DNA from: an uncultured Actinomycetes bacterium
Lineage (GTDB): Bacteria > Actinomycetota > Thermoleophilia > Gaiellales > Gaiellaceae
DNA: 64,000 nucleotides
Reading direction: 5' to 3'
NCBI GenBank assembly: GCA_963742635.1
Contig: CAVUMW010000019.1
Span: 270,479 to 334,478 of the forward strand
The notes under the pieces are model-generated. The model made no database searches and was not told the DNA's origin. It was given only the letters and a program-made list of their open reading frames with translations. The position numbers and the translations under genes are program-made. Of the stretch, positions 10,156-20,834 are shown in pieces. Positions within the stretch are counted from its first letter, which is position 1; each line of letters opens with the position of its first letter.

Positions 10156-10608
10156 ATGCGGGTCGCGGTCGCCTTCGACCATCGCGGCGTCAAGCTCCGC
10201 GAGCGCGTGCTCGAGGAGGTCGTGCGCGCCGGGCACGAGCCGGTCGATCTCGGGACCGACGCGCCGGAGCCGCGGATCGACTATCCGGACAAGGCGCGCG
10301 AGGTCGGCGACGCGATCCGGAACGGCGAGGCTGAGCGGGGAATCCTGGTGTGCGGGTCGGGCGTCGGCGCGTCGATCGCCGCCAGCAAGCTCGCGGGTAT
10401 CCGCGCCGCGATCTGCCACGACACGTACTCCGCCCATCAGGGCGTCGAGCACGACGACATGAACGTGCTCAGCCTCGGCTCGGAAGTGATCGGCGCAGAG
10501 CTGGCCGGAGAGGTGATTCGCACCTTCCTTGGTGCGAAATTCGACGGCGGGGAACGCTACGTACGTAGGCTGGAGAAGATCGAGGAGATGGAGAAGACGC
10601 ATGGCTAA
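10156..10608 (+). CDS. rpiB: Ribose-5-phosphate isomerase B
   Basis: 150 aa. RpiB/LacAB motif ILVCGSGVGASIAASK and HDTYSAHQGVEHDDMNVL. Confidence 0.9.
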   Translation: MRVAVAFDHRGVKLRERVLEEVVRAGHEPVDLGTDAPEPRIDYPDKAREVGDAIRNGEAERGILVCGSGVGASIAASKLAGIRAAICHDTYSAHQGVEHDDMNVLSLGSEVIGAELAGEVIRTFLGAKFDGGERYVRRLEKIEEMEKTHG

Positions 10609-11706
10609 GTCAAGGCTTCACGGGCTCGCTGAGCTTGGGCAATCGGTGTGGATCGACTCGCTGTCGCGCGGCTGGCTCAAGTCGGGCGACCTCGCACGCT
10701 GGATGGACGAGGACGCGCTCACCGGGGTCACGTCCAACCCGACGATCTTTCAGAAGGCGATGTCCGAAGGCGACTGGTACGACGATCAGCTTCGAGAGGT
10801 GCTCGACCGACGGAAGACGACCTGAAGGAGATCTTCCTGCAGCTCGCGATCGCCGACATCGAGGAGGCTTGCGACCTCTTCCGCTCGGTGTGGGACGGGG
10901 GCGACGGCAAGGACGGGTACATCTCGATGGAGGTCGATCCCAACCTCGCCTACGACACGTCGGCGACGATCGAGGAGGCCGCGCGCTTCCACGACTGGGT
11001 CGAGCGACCGAACCTCTACGTGAAGATCCCGGCGACCGCGCCCGGGCTGCCGGCGATCGAGGAGATGATCGCCCGGGGCCGGAACATCAACGTGACGCTG
11101 ATCTTCTCGCTCGAGCGGCACAAAGAGGTCGCCGAGGCGTACATCCGCGGCCTCGAGCGGCTCGCCGAGTCAGGCGGCGACCTGTCGACGGTCGGCTCCG
11201 TCGCCAGCTACTTCGTTTCCCGCGTCGACACCGAGGCCGACCGGCGGCTCGACGAGGCCGGGCATCCCGAGCTGAAGGGGAAGCTCGCCGTCGCGAACGC
11301 GAAGCTCGCGTACCAGAACTACAAGGAGATCTTCTCGGGCGAGCGCTGGGACGCGCTCGTCGAGAAGGGCGCGACGCCGCAGTGGTGCCTCTGGGCGTCG
11401 ACCTCGACGAAGAACCCCGAGTACCGCGACGTCCTCTACGTCGAGGAGCTGATCGGCGCAGGGACCGTGAACACGATGCCGCGCGAGACGATCGAGGCCT
11501 TCCAGGACCACGGCGAGGTCGCGCTCACGCTCGAGGACGGAATCGACGAGGCGAGGCAGGTCTTCGAGCAGGTCGCCGCGGCCGGCGTCGACTACGACGA
11601 CGTCACCGACACGCTCGAGCGCGAAGGCGTCCAGAAGTTCATCGACTCGTTCACAGAGCTCCTCGACGGCATCGCCGCCAAGCGCGGCCAGCTCGCAGCC
11701 GCGTGA
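10601..11706 (+). pseudogene. tal: Transaldolase, interrupted by one frameshift near 10,795-10,812
   Basis: The N-terminus (MAKSRLHGLAELGQSVWIDSLSR...TSNPTIFQKA) is in the frame starting at 10,601 and stops at 10,825. The rest (EDDLKEIFLQLAI...ISMEVDP...YVKIPAT...) continues in another frame to 11,706. The ATG overlaps the rpiB stop by 8 nt. Confidence 0.85.
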
Positions 11707-12479
11707 CCGATCTGTACGTGGAGCAGGCCGGTCAGGGGTCGCCGGTCGTGCTGCTCCACGAGGGGATCGCGGACAGCCGGATGTGGGAGCCTCAGTGGGC
11801 TGCGTACGCCGAGCGCTATCGAGTCGTCCGCTTCGACATGCGCGGTTTCGGCCAGTCGCCGCCCGCGGTCGGGACGTTCTCGCTGGCCGGCGACCTGGTC
11901 GAGCTCCTCGAGGGTCTCGAGCTGGGGCCGGCCACGCTCGTCGGCGTCTCGCTCGGCGGATCGGTGGCGATGGAGACGGCCATCGCACGCCCGGACCTCG
12001 TCTCGCGCCTCGTGCTCGTCGCTCCGGGTCTCAAGGGCTACGAGATGAGCGACGAGACGAAGGCGGGTTGGGCGGAGGAGGAGGCGGCGCTCGAGCGCGG
12101 CGACGTGGACGAGGCGGTCGAGGTCAACCTGCGCATGTGGGTCGACGGGCCGTCCCGTGCGCCGGACGAGGTCGATCCGGACGTGCGCCGACAGGTCGGG
12201 GAGATGCAGCGCCGCGCGATCGAGATCTGGCAGGAGGGCGGCGAGGAGGGCGAGCACCGGTCGTTGGCCGAGGACTGGGGCGAGCGGTTGAGCGAGATCG
12301 CAGTCCCCACGCTGATCCTCGTCGGCGACCTCGACCGGCCCGAGATGCTCGACATCGCGACCCGTCTCGAAGCCGAGATCCCGAACTCGCGGCGGGAGAC
12401 GATCGCCGGCACGGCGCACGTGCCGAGCATGGAGCGTGCCGAAGAATTCGACCGGCTCGTGCTGGAGTTCCTCGAGTGA
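11703..12479 (+). CDS. Alpha/beta-fold hydrolase embedded in the pentose-phosphate operon
   Basis: The GTG start overlaps the tal stop (GTGA). 258 aa with a nucleophile-elbow GVSLGG, HEGIADSRMW and a C-terminal TAHVPSMERAEEF. Confidence 0.8.
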   Translation: MTDLYVEQAGQGSPVVLLHEGIADSRMWEPQWAAYAERYRVVRFDMRGFGQSPPAVGTFSLAGDLVELLEGLELGPATLVGVSLGGSVAMETAIARPDLVSRLVLVAPGLKGYEMSDETKAGWAEEEAALERGDVDEAVEVNLRMWVDGPSRAPDEVDPDVRRQVGEMQRRAIEIWQEGGEEGEHRSLAEDWGERLSEIAVPTLILVGDLDRPEMLDIATRLEAEIPNSRRETIAGTAHVPSMERAEEFDRLVLEFLE

Positions 12480-13831
12480 GCTCGCTGGAGGCGATCGAGC
12501 TCGTCGACCGGATCTGGGCCCACGACTCGACGGTCTGGACGGGGACGGACGAGGGCCACTGGCTCGGCTGGCTCGACGAGCCCGCGCGGATGCTCGAGCG
12601 GATCGACGAGCTGGAGGCGCTCCCGCGCGATTTCGAGCAGGTCGTCCTGCTCGGGATGGGGGGCTCGAGCCTGGCGCCCGAGGTGATCCGCCGCACGTTC
12701 GCGGCGAACGGGCTGCACGTGCTCGACACGACGCACCCGAGCGCGATCCGGCGCCTGCAGGAGCAGCTCGACCTAGACCGCACGCTGTTCGTCGCCGCGT
12801 CGAAGTCGGGCACGACACTCGAGACGCGCTCTCAGCTCGACTACTTCCTCGACCAGGGCGGAGGCTCGTTCGCCGCCGTCACCGACCCGGGCTCCGAGCT
12901 CGAGCAGTTCGCCCGCGAGCGCGACTTCCTCTGGGTCGTCCACGGCGAGCCGACGATCGGCGGGCGCTACTCGGCGCTGTCCCCGTTCGGAATCGTGCCG
13001 GCCGTGCTGATCGACGTCGACGTCCAGGCGCTCCTCGAGCGGGCCGACGCGATGGCCGGATGGTGCCGCCTCGGGGAGGAGAATCCCGGTTTCCAGTTCG
13101 GGCTCGAGCTGGGGGAGAACTGGGTCGAGGGCCGCGACAAGGTCTGCATCGACGAGACGCCCGGCGGGTTCGGGCTCTGGGCGGAGCAGCTGCTCGCCGA
13201 GTCGACCGGCAAGGAGGGCAAGGGGCTCGTGCCCGCGCCCGGCGAGTCGCCCGAGGGCGGGTCGGACCGCCAGCACGGGCGCGTGCGCTTCGACGACCCG
13301 TACGACCTCGGCGCCGAGTTCGTCCGCTGGGAGTTCGCGACGGCCGTGGCTGGCTCGATCCTCGGCATCAATCCGTTCAACCAGCCGGACGTGCAGGCGG
13401 CGAAGGACAAGACCGCCGAGATTCTCTCTTCGGGCCATGCCCGGGACCAGGTCCCCGGACGGGTCCGGAAGGGTCACTCGACGAGTTGCTCGCCGAGGCC
13501 GAGCCTCCGCAGTACATCGCGATCCAGGCGTTCATCGACCCGGACCGCGAGGGCGACCTCGACCCGCTCGTCACCCGCGCCCGCGAGACCGGCTGCGTCG
13601 TGACGAAGAGGTCTCGGGCCGCGGTATCTGCACTCGACCGGACAGCTGCACAAGGGCGGTCCGAACAGCGTGCTCGCGATCCAGGTCGTGGACGACCTCG
13701 GCGAGGAGCTGCCGATTCCGGGCAAGGACTTCGGCTTCCGTCAGCTGATCGCGGCGCAGGCGGTTGGCGACCTCGAATCGTTGAAGGAGCGCGGACGGAA
13801 GGTCTGTCGTGTGAGACTGGAGGACCTATGA
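12476..13831 (+). pseudogene. pgi: Glucose-6-phosphate isomerase, two frameshifts (~13,430-13,470 and ~13,606-13,611)
   Basis: LGMGGSSLAPEV, VAASKSGTTLET and GGRYSALS lie in frame 1. GSLDELLAEAEPPQYIAIQAF...ETGCVVT lies in frame 2. GLGPRYLHSTGQLHKGGPNS...RVRLEDL lies in frame 3, ending at 13,831. The GTG start overlaps the hydrolase stop. Confidence 0.8.
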
Positions 13832-14700
13832 AGCTCGGCATGGTCGGCCTCGGACGAATGGGCTCCGGGATGACGGAGCGGTTGCGCGGCGACGGGCACG
13901 AGGTGATGACGTACGACCCGCAGGTGGAGTCGACGGCCTCGTCCCTGGAGGAGCTCGCACAGCAGCTGGAGCCGCCGCGGGTCGTGTGGATGATGATCCC
14001 GGCGGGCGAGATCACGGAGAAGACGACGCAGGAGCTGGTCGGGATCCTCGATCGGGACGACGTGCTCGTCGACGGCGGGAACTCGAACTTCCACGACTCG
14101 CAGCGGCGCAACGCTGAGGCGGCCGAGCAGGGTGTTCACTTCCTCGACGTCGGCGTCTCGGGCGGGATCTGGGGCTTGAAGGAGGGCTTCTGCCTGATGG
14201 CCGGCGGGCCCGACGAGGCGATCGCGATCGTCCGGCCCGCGCTCGAGACGCTTGCGCCGAAGGACGGCTGGGCTCACGTCGGGCCGTCCGGAGCGGGGCA
14301 CTTCGTGAAGATGGTGCACAACGGCATCGAGTACGGCCTCATGCAGGCCTACGCGGAGGGGTTCGAGGTGCTGAACGCGTCCGAGTTCGGGCTCGACCTG
14401 GAGGAGATCGCGGGCATCTGGCGCTACGGCTCGGTCGTGCGCTCGTGGCTGCTCGAGCTCTTGCACGACGCCTTCGATCAGCACGGCAGCGACCTGAAGG
14501 ACATCGCCGGCTACGTCGACGACTCGGGGGAGGGCCGCTGGACGATCTTCGAGGCGATCAACGAGGACGTGCCCGTCCCCGTGATCTCGGCCGCACTCTA
14601 CGCGCGCTTCGCCTCGCGTCAGGACGAGTCGTTCGCAGCCAAGATCGACGCAGCTCTCCGCCAGCAGTTCGGCGGCCACGCCGTCAAGTCGGAGTCATGA
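13828..14700 (+). CDS. gnd: 6-phosphogluconate dehydrogenase, short (YqeC/Gnd-like) form
   Basis: The ATG overlaps the pgi stop (ATGA). 290 aa with [11 protein letters not shown] Rossmann motif, GGNSNF and [14 protein letters not shown]. Confidence 0.85.
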   Translation: MKLGMVGLGRMGSGMTERLRGDGHEVMTYDPQVESTASSLEELAQQLEPPRVVWMMIPAGEITEKTTQELVGILDRDDVLVDGGNSNFHDSQRRNAEAAEQGVHFLDVGVSGGIWGLKEGFCLMAGGPDEAIAIVRPALETLAPKDGWAHVGPSGAGHFVKMVHNGIEYGLMQAYAEGFEVLNASEFGLDLEEIAGIWRYGSVVRSWLLELLHDAFDQHGSDLKDIAGYVDDSGEGRWTIFEAINEDVPVPVISAALYARFASRQDESFAAKIDAALRQQFGGHAVKSES

Positions 14701-14846
14701 CCCGGGCCATGTCCAGCGTCAAAGCCCGGACCTGGCCGCACGTGGCCACGGTGCGATCGAGCACTTCGGCTTCGTTGCGCGGTTCGATCCGAAGGCGACG
14801 TGTCTCTTCCGGACGCGTCCGGGGTCAGACGCCGGACAGGGCTGGA

Positions 14847-16361
14847 ATGACCGAGGCTCCGGTCGCCGAGAACCCGCTGCTGGAGGGGCTCGGGCATCGA
14901 CGCGCGCCGGAGCCTTGCGTGCTCGTCGTCTTCGGCGCCTCAGGCGACCTGACGCACCGCAAGATCTTCCCCGCGCTCTACTCGCTCGCCCGCCGCAAGC
15001 TGCTGCCGGAGAAGTTCGCGATCGTCGGCGCCGCCCGCTCGGACTGGACGGACGACGAGTTCCGCGACCAGATGGAGCACGCCGTCCGCGAGTTCGGCCG
15101 CGACGACTTCGACCAGGACGTCTGGGACTGGCTGGCCGAGGCGTCGCGGTACATCTCGCTCGACTTCGCCGACGAGAGCCGTGAGAACAACCTCGCCGGG
15201 CTCCTGGACGAGATCGACGAGCAGCGCGGCACGCGCGGAAACCGCGTCTACTACCTCGCCGTCCCGCCGCAGGCGATGCCGACGATCGTCGGAGAGCTCG
15301 GTGAGCGCCGCAAATCCGGAGGCTGGATGCGCCTGATCGTCGAGAAGCCGTTCGGCCACGACCTCGCCTCCGCACGCGAGCTGACCTCCCTGATCAGCGA
15401 GCACTTCACCGAGGAAGAGGTCTTCCGGATCGACCACTACCTCGGCAAGGAAACGGTCCAGAACATGCTCGCGCTGCGGTTCGCGAACGGCATCTTCGAG
15501 CCGATCTGGAACCGCCAGTTCGTCGACCACGTCCAGATCACGGTCGCCGAGACCCTCGGCGTCGAGGGCCGCGCCGCCTACTACGAGCACGCGGGGGCGA
15601 TCCGGGACATCTTCCAGAACCACGCCCTCCAGCTCGTCGCGCTGACCGCGATGGAGCCGCCGATCGACTTCACCGCGGAGTCGGTGCGGAACGAGAAGGT
15701 CAAGGTGTTGAAGGCGGTCCGCACGCCGGCCCCGAGGCACGTCCTCCGCGGGCAGTACGGCCCGGGCTACATCGAGGGCAAGGAGGTGCCCGGCTACCGG
15801 GAGGAAGAAGGGGTCGACCCAGGCTCCATGACGGAGACCTTCGTCGCCGCAAAGCTCTGCATCGACAACTGGCGCTGGGCCGACACGCCGTTCTACCTGC
15901 GCATCGGCAAGCGCATGGCGCGGCGCGAGACGACGATCGGCATCCAGTTCAAGCGTGCTCCGCATCCGCCGTTCGAGGACGGGACGACCGAGGAGCTGCA
16001 GCCGAACCTGCTGCTCGTCCACGTCCAGCCCGACGAGGGCGTGTCCCTCGCGATCGGCGCCAAGGTGCCGGGGCAGGGCATGCAGATCCGCACCGTGCAC
16101 ATGGACTTCCTCTACGGCGGAGCCTTCCGCACGGAGCTGCCCGATGCCTACGAGCGGCTGCTCCTCGACGCGATGCTCGGCGACCAGACGCTGTTCACGC
16201 GCTCGGACGAGGTCGAGGAGCAATGGTCGCTCGTCGACTCGATCGTCGCCGGCTGGGCTCGGGATCGGCCCGCTTTCCCGAACTACGCCGCCGGCACGTG
16301 GGGCCCCGCGGGCTCCGAGGAGCTGATGAGCCACGACGGCAGGGAGTGGCTGCGACATTGA
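14847..16361 (+). CDS. zwf: Glucose-6-phosphate 1-dehydrogenase
   Basis: 504 aa. [16 protein letters not shown], the signature RIDHYLGKE and [13 protein letters not shown]. Confidence 0.92.
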   Translation: MTEAPVAENPLLEGLGHRRAPEPCVLVVFGASGDLTHRKIFPALYSLARRKLLPEKFAIVGAARSDWTDDEFRDQMEHAVREFGRDDFDQDVWDWLAEASRYISLDFADESRENNLAGLLDEIDEQRGTRGNRVYYLAVPPQAMPTIVGELGERRKSGGWMRLIVEKPFGHDLASARELTSLISEHFTEEEVFRIDHYLGKETVQNMLALRFANGIFEPIWNRQFVDHVQITVAETLGVEGRAAYYEHAGAIRDIFQNHALQLVALTAMEPPIDFTAESVRNEKVKVLKAVRTPAPRHVLRGQYGPGYIEGKEVPGYREEEGVDPGSMTETFVAAKLCIDNWRWADTPFYLRIGKRMARRETTIGIQFKRAPHPPFEDGTTEELQPNLLLVHVQPDEGVSLAIGAKVPGQGMQIRTVHMDFLYGGAFRTELPDAYERLLLDAMLGDQTLFTRSDEVEEQWSLVDSIVAGWARDRPAFPNYAAGTWGPAGSEELMSHDGREWLRH

Positions 16362-17236
16362 GCACGGCCGTCAATGCCGTCGAGTGGTCGGGCGAGGACG
16401 TCGAGGTCGCGGACGTCGTCCAGGCGCTCTGCCGCCTGCGCGAGGAATCGGCCGACGAGACGGCCGGCCCCGATCTCCGGACCAGCGTGATGACCCACCT
16501 CGCCTGGGTGCCGCGCGAGTGGGAGGAGGTGGCCGTCGAGACCCTGGCCGGGCTCGCCGAGCGTCATCCGTCGCGCGGGATCCTGCTCTTCCCCGACCGC
16601 GCGGCCGCGGACGGGATCGACGCGAAGGTCTCCATGCTCTCGTTTCCGCTCCGTGAGCAGCGCCGCCACATCGCGGTCGAGGTGATCGAGCTGCGACTGC
16701 GCGGGCTGAGCAGCCGGGCCGCGGCGAGCATCGTCAACCCGCTGCTCGTGCCAGGGTTGCCCGTCTTCCTGCGCTGGCGGGGACGGCCCCCGTTCGGGGA
16801 GCCCGAGGCCGACGAGCTGATCGACGTCTGCGATCGGCTGATCTACGACTCGAAGGAGTGGCCGGACACGCCGCAGGCCTATGCGGAGCTTCCGTTCGAG
16901 CGGACTGCGTGCTCGGACATCGCCTGGCGGCGGACCGAGCAGTGGCGCGGCGTGCTCGCGGGCCTCTGGCCGGGAGTCGGCGACGTGCGCAGCCTGTACG
17001 TGCGCGGGCCCGTCGCCGAGGCGTCGCTCCTCGCAGGCTGGCTCCGTTCGCGTCTCGACCGGGACGTCGAGCTCCTGCGGGACGAGGCCGACGAGCTGAC
17101 TGCAATCGCCGTCGACGGCGAGCCGTGCGCGCCGCCGCACGAACGTGTGACAGGCAGCGAGCTCCTCTCCGCCGAGCTCGACGAGTTCGGCCGCGATCCG
17201 GTCTACGAGGCCGCGGCCAGCCGTGCGGTCGGCTGA
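16358..17236 (+). CDS. opcA: OpcA-like glucose-6-phosphate dehydrogenase assembly protein
   Basis: The TTG start overlaps the zwf stop. The position directly after zwf and sequence such as [12 protein letters not shown]...[13 protein letters not shown] match actinobacterial OpcA. Confidence 0.75.
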   Translation: MSTAVNAVEWSGEDVEVADVVQALCRLREESADETAGPDLRTSVMTHLAWVPREWEEVAVETLAGLAERHPSRGILLFPDRAAADGIDAKVSMLSFPLREQRRHIAVEVIELRLRGLSSRAAASIVNPLLVPGLPVFLRWRGRPPFGEPEADELIDVCDRLIYDSKEWPDTPQAYAELPFERTACSDIAWRRTEQWRGVLAGLWPGVGDVRSLYVRGPVAEASLLAGWLRSRLDRDVELLRDEADELTAIAVDGEPCAPPHERVTGSELLSAELDEFGRDPVYEAAASRAVG

Positions 17237-17252
17237 CGTCGTTACCGCGCTG

Positions 17253-18380
17253 CTAGCCGCGAAGGAGCGACTCGACCAGCTTCCCCGCGGCCAGGACGAG
17301 CGCGTCCGAGCCCGGCCGGCCTGCGATCTGCAGTGACGCGGGCAACCCGTCCTCGGCCGGGCCGCACGGAAGCGCCAGCGCCGGCCACCCGAGCGAGTTG
17401 AACGGGATCGTGAGCCGGATCGTGTCCGCGCGGATCTCGAGGTCGTCCACGGGAAGCTTCGGCGCGACGGAGCCGAGCGTCGGCGCGAGCACGAGGTCGA
17501 GGCCGTCCAGCGCCTGCTCTGCCCGCTCCGCGATCTCCTCCCTGGCGCGCACCGCGGCCTCGTACTCGCCGTCGGTCACGGTCAGGCAGCGCTCGATCTT
17601 CGTCCGCACGTTGTCGCCGTAGGAGTCGGCGAACTCGGCGAAGAGGTCGCGGTGGACGTCGGCGGCCTCGCGCATGAACACCGGCCCGATCCGCTCCGCG
17701 AGCGGGAAGTCGATCTCACGCCGCCTCGGGAACAGCGCCGCGGCCTCGCTCACACGCGCGCGGACGAGCGGGTCCGCATGGTCGAGCCAGGCCACTCCGA
17801 CCTCGAGCTCGTCGAGCGAGTCGAGGGCCATCGGCTCGAAGCCGTCGACCAGGACGCCGAGCATGTCCTCGCAGGCGCCGACCGAGCCCGCCATCGGCCC
17901 CGCGTGATCGAAGCTGGGCGCGAGCGGAAAGACACCGTCCAGCGAGACGAGCCCGTAGCCCGGCTTGAAGCCGACGATCCCGCAGCACGCGGCGGGGATC
18001 CGGATCGAGCCGCCCGAGTCGGTGCCGAGCGCGTACTCGGCCAGCCCCGCGGCGATCGCCGCGGCCGAGCCTCCGCTCGACCCTCCGGCCATGCGTCCGG
18101 GATAGGCCGGATTGGGCACCGTCCCGAAGTGCGGGTTGACCGACGTGATCCCGTACGCGAACTCGTGCAGGTTCGTCTTGCCGACGTTCACATAGCCCGC
18201 CGCCTCGAGTCGCGTCACCGCCTCCGCGCTGCGCTCGGGCACGTGATCCGCGTAGATGATCGACCCGTAGGTCGTCGTCAGACCGGCCGTGTCGAAGAGG
18301 TCTTTCACGGCCAGCCGCTTGCCCTCGACAGGCTCCTCGGGCCGGGCGAGGAAGATGCCGTTAGGCTGCGGCCCGGCCAT
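17253..18380 (-). CDS. Amidase-signature family amidase
   Basis: 375 aa. AS motif [12 protein letters not shown] and [16 protein letters not shown]. Confidence 0.85.
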   Translation of the reverse strand: MAGPQPNGIFLARPEEPVEGKRLAVKDLFDTAGLTTTYGSIIYADHVPERSAEAVTRLEAAGYVNVGKTNLHEFAYGITSVNPHFGTVPNPAYPGRMAGGSSGGSAAAIAAGLAEYALGTDSGGSIRIPAACCGIVGFKPGYGLVSLDGVFPLAPSFDHAGPMAGSVGACEDMLGVLVDGFEPMALDSLDELEVGVAWLDHADPLVRARVSEAAALFPRRREIDFPLAERIGPVFMREAADVHRDLFAEFADSYGDNVRTKIERCLTVTDGEYEAAVRAREEIAERAEQALDGLDLVLAPTLGSVAPKLPVDDLEIRADTIRLTIPFNSLGWPALALPCGPAEDGLPASLQIAGRPGSDALVLAAGKLVESLLRG

Positions 18381-18467
18381 GACCCCCGAGGATACGACGC
18401 TTCGCTGAATCCGAAAGGCGCGGAGCTCGCGTAAGAACCTGAATCCCCTACCTCAAGGAGGGCAACG

Positions 18468-18764
18468 ATGAACCTGTACGTGATCCTGCGCAGAAGCGGC
18501 TGGCGTTCGGCCGAAGAGCTGCAGGAAGCCGCGGGCCGGTCGGCGAAGGTCGGCGACGAGGAGATGTCCGAGGACGTTCGCTGGATCCGCTCCTACGTGC
18601 TCGACGAGGGCGGCGGCTCCGTCGGCACCGTCTGCATCTACCAGGCGACGAGCCCGGAGGCGATCCGCGAGCACGCGTCCCGCGCGATCCTTCCGGTCGA
18701 CGAGATCATCCCGGTCGCGGACACGGTTCTCGTGCGGCCCGATCCCGAGCCCGCGGAGGTCTGA
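18468..18764 (+). CDS. DUF4242-like small protein
   Basis: 98 aa. MNLYVILRRSGW...VRWIRSYV...GTVCIYQA.SPEAIREHA matches the pattern of that family. Confidence 0.55.
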   Translation: MNLYVILRRSGWRSAEELQEAAGRSAKVGDEEMSEDVRWIRSYVLDEGGGSVGTVCIYQATSPEAIREHASRAILPVDEIIPVADTVLVRPDPEPAEV

Positions 18765-18776
18765 GCCGGCCGGCTC

Positions 18777-19466
18777 GTGCGCGTCCAGGACTGCAACTGG
18801 ATGCAGCTGGAGGAGTACCTCCGGCGCGATGACCGGATCGTCCTGCCGCTCGGCTCGACCGAGCAGCACGCGTACCTGTCGCTGGCGACCGACAACATCC
18901 TCGCCGAGCGCGTCTCCGTCGAAGCGGCGGAGCCGCTCGGCGTGCCGGTTCTCCCGGTGCTGCCGTACGGGATCACACCGCGCTTCGCCGCGTACCCGGG
19001 CAGCCCCACGCTGCGCGTGGAGACCTTCCTCACGGTCGTCACCGACCTGCTCGACTCGCTCGCCGGCCAGGGCTTCCGCAGGATCCTGATCGTGAACGGC
19101 CACGGCGGGAACACGCCCGCCCGGGCTGCGGCGTCGCAGTGGGGCGCGAAGCATCCCGAGGCTCGCGTCCGTTACCACGACTGGTGGAACAGCCCGCGCG
19201 TGCTGGACGTCGTCCGCTCGGTCGACCCGGTCGGCTCGCACGCGTCCTGGATGGAGAACTTCCCCTGGACGCGGCTCCCGGGCGTCGAGCTTCCGGCCGG
19301 GAGCAAGCCGCCGGCCGATCCGCCGGTGCACGACCCGGCCGAGTTCCGGAGGCTCATGGGCGACGGCTCGTTCGGCGGCGTCTACGAGCATTCCGACGAG
19401 GACATGCTCCGGGTCTGGCAGGCCGGCGTCGAAGAGGTGCGCGCGCTGCTCGAAGACGGCTGGTAG
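18777..19466 (+). CDS. Creatininase (creatinine amidohydrolase) family protein
   Basis: 229 aa. LPLGSTEQHA, LPYGITP and RILIVNGHGGN motifs. Confidence 0.8.
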   Translation: MRVQDCNWMQLEEYLRRDDRIVLPLGSTEQHAYLSLATDNILAERVSVEAAEPLGVPVLPVLPYGITPRFAAYPGSPTLRVETFLTVVTDLLDSLAGQGFRRILIVNGHGGNTPARAAASQWGAKHPEARVRYHDWWNSPRVLDVVRSVDPVGSHASWMENFPWTRLPGVELPAGSKPPADPPVHDPAEFRRLMGDGSFGGVYEHSDEDMLRVWQAGVEEVRALLEDGW

Positions 19467-19469
19467 CCG

Positions 19470-19629
19470 GCTAGTCGAGCGCCAGGTACACGAAGGCGAG
19501 CCCGATCACCGCGCCGAACAGCAGGAGCGCGATGCCGAACAGGGCGAGCCCGAACAGCGTGTTGCTCGCGGCCTCTTCCATCGTCGGCTCGCGGGGCGGG
19601 AAGGACGCCTCGGGCGCACGGTCGCTCAT
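19470..19629 (-). pseudogene. Small membrane peptide translationally coupled to ctaB, probable 1-nt frameshift
   Basis: The ATG overlaps the ctaB stop (ATGA). It reads MSDRAPEASFPPREPTMEEAASNTLFGLALFGIALLLFGAVIG. Removing one C from the CCCC run at 19,500-19,503 would give ...LAFVYLALD with a stop at 19,470-19,472. Too short for the ORF track. Confidence 0.35.
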
Positions 19630-20834
19630 GCGATCACCGTATCGAGCGCCATCGCGACGAAGAGCAGCGCGAGGTACGCGAGCGAGTAGTGGAAGAGCAG
19701 CGCGGCCCGGGCGGGCGTTCGCTCACGCCGCAGGTTCCACGCGAGGCCGAGGAAGCCGGCGCCGAGCGCGGCCGCGGCAACGAGGTAGACCAGCCCGAAC
19801 TGGCCCCACAGCGCCGGCGCGAGCGTGAACGCGACGAGGGCGGCCGTGTACAGGAGGATCTCCTTGACCGTCTCGCGCTCCCCGCGCACGACCGGCAGCA
19901 TCGGCACGCCCGCATTCGCGTAGTCGCGCTTGATCAGGAGCGCGAGCGCCCAGAAGTGCGGCGGCGTCCAGAGGAAGACGACTGCGAAGAGGACGAGCGC
20001 AGGAAGCGTCAGGTCTCCGGTCGCGGCCGCCCAGCCGACGAGCGGCGGGATCGCGCCGGCCGCGCCGCCGATGACGATGTTCTGCGGGGTCGACCGCTTC
20101 AGCAGCTTCGTGTAGACGAGGACGTAGAAGAGGATCCCGGACAGCGCGAGCACCGCCGTCAGCACGTTCACGATCCCGGCGAGCAGCACGAACGAGAGCG
20201 CCGAGAGCGCGAGCCCGAACTCGAGCGCGTACGACGCCGAGATGCGTCCCGCGGCGACGGGCCGCGACCGTGTGCGCTTGCCCATCAGGCGGTCGATGTC
20301 GGCGTCGAGCACGTGGTTCAGAGCGCTCGCTCCACCGCACGCGAGCGCGAGCCCGAGCATCGTCGTCGCCACGAGCCAGAGCGGAGGCAGTTCCCCGGCG
20401 CCGACGATCATCCCGCAGAGCCCCGTGAGCAGGAGCAGCGACATGATCCGCGGCTTCGTCAGCGTCACGTAGTCGCGAACAGTCCCCCCAAACGACTTAG
20501 TAACACTGTGTTGCAAAGTCGGTTCGGTGGCGCGCCAGGACTGGGCGACGACGACGAGCGTGGCCGCGAAGGACAGGGCTGCGAGGGCCAGGTGGATTCC
20601 GGGCGCCGTCACCGCGGCGGCCAGGCCGAACAGGGCGAGTGCCGCGACCGACGGATAGAGGAGCCGCCGGTACGAGACCCACGACGCCGCGACGACGGCC
20701 GCGAGCGGCGGGAGCGCGAGCGCGGCGAGCAGGCGATGCGCGGTTCCGAGCCCGGCCGTGCCGGAGACGACCGCCACGAGCGTCCCCGCTGCACCGAGCA
20801 GCGCTGTCAGCCGGAACCAGATGCTCGGCCTCAT
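19626..20834 (-). CDS. ctaB: Protoheme IX farnesyltransferase (heme O synthase) with ~110-aa N-terminal TM extension
   Basis: UbiA motifs NHVLDADIDRLMGKRTRSRP and PPHFWALA. The ATG (MRPSIWF...) overlaps the ctaD stop (ATGA). The rest of the 933-aa ORF in the track is an out-of-frame shadow of ctaD. Confidence 0.85.
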   Translation of the reverse strand: MRPSIWFRLTALLGAAGTLVAVVSGTAGLGTAHRLLAALALPPLAAVVAASWVSYRRLLYPSVAALALFGLAAAVTAPGIHLALAALSFAATLVVVAQSWRATEPTLQHSVTKSFGGTVRDYVTLTKPRIMSLLLLTGLCGMIVGAGELPPLWLVATTMLGLALACGGASALNHVLDADIDRLMGKRTRSRPVAAGRISASYALEFGLALSALSFVLLAGIVNVLTAVLALSGILFYVLVYTKLLKRSTPQNIVIGGAAGAIPPLVGWAAATGDLTLPALVLFAVVFLWTPPHFWALALLIKRDYANAGVPMLPVVRGERETVKEILLYTAALVAFTLAPALWGQFGLVYLVAAAALGAGFLGLAWNLRRERTPARAALLFHYSLAYLALLFVAMALDTVIA

